Source: a candidate division FCPU426 bacterium
GTDB lineage: Bacteria > Oederibacteriota > Muellerivitia > Muellerivitales > Muellerivitaceae
Direction: 5' to 3'
Length of the DNA: 64,000 nt
Assembly (NCBI GenBank): GCA_963771075.1
Contig: CAVYSE010000023.1
Coordinates: 1-64,000, forward strand
Made by a program: the position numbers and the translations under genes. Below the pieces are notes generated by a model, which was not told where the DNA came from, did not search any database, and saw nothing but the letters and a program-made list of their open reading frames with translations. Below, piece after piece: positions 60,362 to 64,000 of this stretch. Numbering within the stretch: position 1 is the first letter of the stretch; every line of letters begins with the position of its first letter.

Positions 60362-61714
60362 ATGCGAAGCCAGGCTTTGAGGGTGACTCGGTTTCTCGGC
60401 ATCGACCGGGCGGTGGGGTTCACCATTTTAGGTCGCGTTTGGTCCCTGGCCACCAGCGCGGTCAGCTTATGGATGATCGTGCATTTTCTGAACAAGGATG
60501 AGCAGGGCTTTTACTATACCTTTGGAAGTGTTCTGGGCCTCCAGATCTTTTTTGAGTTGGGACTCAGCTACGTCATATTACAGTACGCGAGTCACGAAAT
60601 GGCAGACCTGAAATTCAACGAACAAAGACTGGTTCAGGGCGACGCAGTCGCGAAGGCACGCCTAGCCTCCCTCCTTTGGTTCGCGATGAAATGGTACGGG
60701 GTAGTCGCATTCCTCGTTGTTTTGCTGGTCCTTCCCTCCGGTTTGTGGTTTTTCAGCAGCCATTACCCCAGCGATTTAGGAGTGGTTTGGAAGGGCCCCT
60801 GGACCATCCTCAGCTTGGCCACCGCCGCATCCTTGTTTTTGAGCCCGCTTTGGTCGATCGTGGAGGGCGTTGGCCGGGTTGCGGAAACCGCGATGATGCG
60901 AATGTGCCAGGGAATTTTCTCCACCCTGGTGATGTGGGCCGCCCTGTTTTCAGGGTGCAGGCTATACGCCTCCCCGATCTTGAGCAGTTTGAACGTCTTA
61001 TTCGCCTCCGCCTGGCTGATAGTTCGTTTCGGGCCCTTTCTATTGGACTTAATGAGGTCCCGCACTCCCGTCTATGGCGTGCGTTGGTGGGAAGAAATCT
61101 TTCCTTTTCAATGGAAGATCGCAGTGAGCTGGTTGAGCGGGTATTTCATCACCCAGCTCTATAACCCCGTCATGTTCGCCTATCACGGGGCCGCGGAAGC
61201 CGGCCGGATGGGGATGGCCCTTTCGATGTCCTCCAGCCTGTCGGGCGTAGCCTTGTCCTGGCTCTCGACCAAATCCTCCCCCTTTGGCCAGATGGTAGCC
61301 CGCAAAGACTACGAGTCCCTTGACCGGGTTTTTTTCCGCAGTTTATGGCAATCCTTAGGCTTGCTGGTGATGGCGGCGGGAGGGGTTTTCGCCATTTTGC
61401 TCTATTTAAAATACATCCATCATCCCATCGGGCTTCGGGTATTGGACCCTTTGCCATTGGCTTTCCTTTTTACGGCGACCATTATTCAGCATATTGTCAA
61501 CGCCGAAGCGGTTTACCTGAGGGCGCATAAAAAAGAGCCCTTCCTTTGGACCTCGGTCGCGGGTGGTGTCATGACCGCTTTATCCGTGTATATATTGGGC
61601 AAACCCTATGGAGCCATGGGCCTTTGCTCGGCGAATTTGGTCCTCGTGGCCATTATCGGGTTCGGGGCGGGTACCGTCATCTTCTTGAAATGCCGCCGTG
61701 AATGGCACGGTTAG
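60362..61714 (+). CDS. Wzx-like O-unit flippase
   Basis: EQGFYYTFGS...FFELGL, FPFQWKIAVSWLSGY, YLRAHKKEPF; many TM segments. Confidence 0.75.
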   Translation: MRSQALRVTRFLGIDRAVGFTILGRVWSLATSAVSLWMIVHFLNKDEQGFYYTFGSVLGLQIFFELGLSYVILQYASHEMADLKFNEQRLVQGDAVAKARLASLLWFAMKWYGVVAFLVVLLVLPSGLWFFSSHYPSDLGVVWKGPWTILSLATAASLFLSPLWSIVEGVGRVAETAMMRMCQGIFSTLVMWAALFSGCRLYASPILSSLNVLFASAWLIVRFGPFLLDLMRSRTPVYGVRWWEEIFPFQWKIAVSWLSGYFITQLYNPVMFAYHGAAEAGRMGMALSMSSSLSGVALSWLSTKSSPFGQMVARKDYESLDRVFFRSLWQSLGLLVMAAGGVFAILLYLKYIHHPIGLRVLDPLPLAFLFTATIIQHIVNAEAVYLRAHKKEPFLWTSVAGGVMTALSVYILGKPYGAMGLCSANLVLVAIIGFGAGTVIFLKCRREWHG

Positions 61715-61723
61715 GATAGTGAT

Positions 61724-62641
61724 ATGAATAAAATTTTGGTTTCCATTTGTATCCCGACTTTCAACCGTTCCCATGAGCTCGGTATGACGCTCCAAAGCCT
61801 TGTCCGGCAGAAGGGGTTTGATTCCACCGTTGAAATTGTGATCGTGGATAACGCCTCCACGGACTCAACGGAACAAACCGCGAAAAAGTTTGCCCGAAAA
61901 CACAAGAACATTCGTTATGTCCGAAATAAGACCAACATTGGTTCGGACAACAACATGGTCAAGGCGGCGATGCTGGGAAAGGGGACCTATATCAAACTGC
62001 TTAACGACAACAAGTCCTTCACGGCGGGCGCATTACAAAGGATGAAATCGATTTACAACGACGCCGAGGAATGCGTGGTGTTTTTCAAGAATGTGGGCGG
62101 GCACGGCATTACCCGAACCGCCACGGTGGATGATTTTTTGAGGGACGTGTCCATCCACTGCACTTGGCTCGCAGGGGTTTCCTTCCGCCGAGACCTTTTA
62201 CACCGGGTCGGTATCACAAAAGAGGATTATCCACCCTATATGTCGCAAACCGGGGTGATGTTGAAGTTATTGAAAGCTCGTCCGACCGCGCTGGTCGTGA
62301 GCGGACAATACATGACAGAACCAGTTGTACCGATACGAACGGGATATAATTTTTATGAGGTTTTTGGCCCTATCTATATCGGGTATTTGTCCAAACTGTT
62401 GCGAGAAAATATTATCACAAAATCCACCTTCAAAAAGATGAAGAGGGACATTCTCCATCGTGTCATCTTCCCTTTTACATTCGAAACCCTGTTTAACCGG
62501 AGGCTTAACAAATTGGGGACTGACAAGGCTCTTTATCATTTGTTTAAGAATTATAAAAAAGACTATTTGTTGTATTTGTTTCCACTTTGGGTCTTGAGAA
62601 AAATGTTGAAGGGGGGGTTTAAAAAAGCCGCCGAAGTTTAA
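61724..62641 (+). CDS. GT2 glycosyltransferase (RfbV/abequosyltransferase-like)
   Basis: SICIPTFNR, VDNASTD, NIGSDNN; AT-rich; follows the flippase. Confidence 0.8.
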   Translation: MNKILVSICIPTFNRSHELGMTLQSLVRQKGFDSTVEIVIVDNASTDSTEQTAKKFARKHKNIRYVRNKTNIGSDNNMVKAAMLGKGTYIKLLNDNKSFTAGALQRMKSIYNDAEECVVFFKNVGGHGITRTATVDDFLRDVSIHCTWLAGVSFRRDLLHRVGITKEDYPPYMSQTGVMLKLLKARPTALVVSGQYMTEPVVPIRTGYNFYEVFGPIYIGYLSKLLRENIITKSTFKKMKRDILHRVIFPFTFETLFNRRLNKLGTDKALYHLFKNYKKDYLLYLFPLWVLRKMLKGGFKKAAEV

Positions 62642-63059
62642 ACCGACACAAGTATGAATCGTCGAAAGTCGTTCTCCTCCTGGGCCGGATCGTGGTTTTT
62701 TTGGTTTTTTACTTATGTTTCGCGGCGAATACATTTTTATAACCTATTAAAATGGTGGCAAAGCCAACTTTTTCAGGAAAAGATTCAATATAGTCCAATG
62801 ATTTCCTGCGAAAATATTTGGGTCGAGAACTTAGTTGTTGTTCTTGAGTTTTTCAGAGGTTTCAGATTTTAACTTTTTCCTTCGTTAAATCTGGGGTTAA
62901 CTTGATCCCAGGCCCGCCCCATGGAAGGAGAGCTTTGCGGTAAGCCATTGGATATTCCTGCATTAGGATTTGTAATAGCTGGGTTGTCGGAAGATAATTA
63001 GATTCTAAAAATAATATTTCTTAACGAATTATTTGAAAATTAGTTCCTGGTTCAAAGGA

Positions 63060-64000
63060 ATGTCATTGCGACTGGCAAATAAAATCGGCAATAAACTAAT
63101 TAAAATCATCCATTCCCAGCTCGTTCGTTCTGAACTGTGTTCGGACAAAAATTATATTCTTCAATCAGTGGAAGACGGTTTTGCACAAAAGCGAAACGAC
63201 GTACAGGACCCATTGATCTTTGAGCGAATCATCCGTTCTTATAACAAGGCGAAAGCGGTTCAGTTCGATTCCCCTGGGTTTTATCAGGTCAGTAACGAAT
63301 GGTTGCCGATTTTTGAGGTTTATCTGGGTGAGGTCATGGCCACCCTGAAAAATGGAAACGTCGATAGGCTGAAATCCATTTACAACAATTTCTTTCGAGA
63401 CCCTTGCAGTGTTGGCCTGCACGGATTGCCACTCGACATGTTCAAGTGTTTCTTTTCCGGACACATCAGCGATCGCCACAAAAAATTATTCCTCACCGAT
63501 GTTCTTTACCGCCACAGGCTATGGAAAAATTTGGTGGGACCGTCTTTTGGGATCGAATCCTTGGAATCGCCTCTAAGGGGTAACCCTTACGGTTACTATA
63601 TCGGCAGAACTTTTATCAAGGCTGGTTCCGAGTACCAACATTATTACGCTATCTTGATTGAGAAGCTGGTTCGCGGAGATTGCCACAAAACGGTCGTGGA
63701 ATTGGGAGCCGGTTATGGTGGCATGGCCTATTACTTGGTTAGAGATAACTCGGATTTGACCTACATTGACTTCGACCTACCAGAAAATGTCGCGCTCACT
63801 GCCTTTTATCTTTTGACATGTTTCCCTGATAAAAAAATTGCTTTATTCGGGGAAATGGACCTGTCCCAGGATAAGGTGGAGGATTATGACCTGATCCTGA
63901 TGCCCAATTTTGAGATCCACAAGGTGAAAGACCAAAGCGTGGATTTAACCTTCAACTCTTACAGCCTCGCCGAAATGTCCAAGGAAACAATCGAGAATTA
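63060..64000 (+). CDS. Putative sugar O-methyltransferase, partial (runs off window end; absent from ORF track)
   Basis: Manual translation open from ATG 63060 (or TTG 63066): GNPYG, VVELGAGYGG, YIDFDLPE, FNSYSLAEMS. Confidence 0.75.
   Translation, partial: MSLRLANKIGNKLIKIIHSQLVRSELCSDKNYILQSVEDGFAQKRNDVQDPLIFERIIRSYNKAKAVQFDSPGFYQVSNEWLPIFEVYLGEVMATLKNGNVDRLKSIYNNFFRDPCSVGLHGLPLDMFKCFFSGHISDRHKKLFLTDVLYRHRLWKNLVGPSFGIESLESPLRGNPYGYYIGRTFIKAGSEYQHYYAILIEKLVRGDCHKTVVELGAGYGGMAYYLVRDNSDLTYIDFDLPENVALTAFYLLTCFPDKKIALFGEMDLSQDKVEDYDLILMPNFEIHKVKDQSVDLTFNSYSLAEMSKETIEN

Noticed and set aside
62654..62872. 72-aa Trp/Phe-rich ORF after the GT2
   Set aside because: No RBS or motif; composition is explained by T-rich intergenic DNA

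Overview
Core-genome window from a bacterium that appears diderm (MlaEFD transporter, O-antigen-ligase-like gene); taxonomy cannot be fixed from the sequence alone. Gene order: mlaE-F-D; radA-ispD-ispF-gltX-cysE-cysS-rlmB; then the tRNA-Thr(UGU)/Tyr(GUA)/Gly(UCC)/Thr(GGU)-tuf cluster. That cluster keeps its canonical order but is pulled apart over about 8.7 kb by inserted genes: a tandem kinase/pseudokinase-like protein, a GTP-type PEP carboxykinase, a START protein, a second atypical PEPCK-superfamily protein and an aspartase/fumarase. Next come rpmG-tRNA-Trp-secE-nusG-rplKAJL (L1 and L10 leader RNAs, no rpoB downstream); tmk-holB-metG-tatD; an intact IS30 element with inverted repeats and an AAC target duplication; trpD-C-F-(TPR)-B-A-accD-folC; and about 23 kb of cell-surface glycan genes. 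The glycan region includes rfbF-G-H followed by a ThDP enzyme, a lone NeuB-family synthase and an SDR, which together suggest a route to a long-chain C4-branched 3,6-dideoxy sugar. The two best candidates for undescribed biology are (1) the kinase-pseudokinase plus dual-PEPCK module inside the split tRNA operon and (2) the NeuB + ThDP branched-sugar pathway. Apparent frameshifts in tmk (both in homopolymer runs) and in two GT-C genes suggest local sequencing indels.
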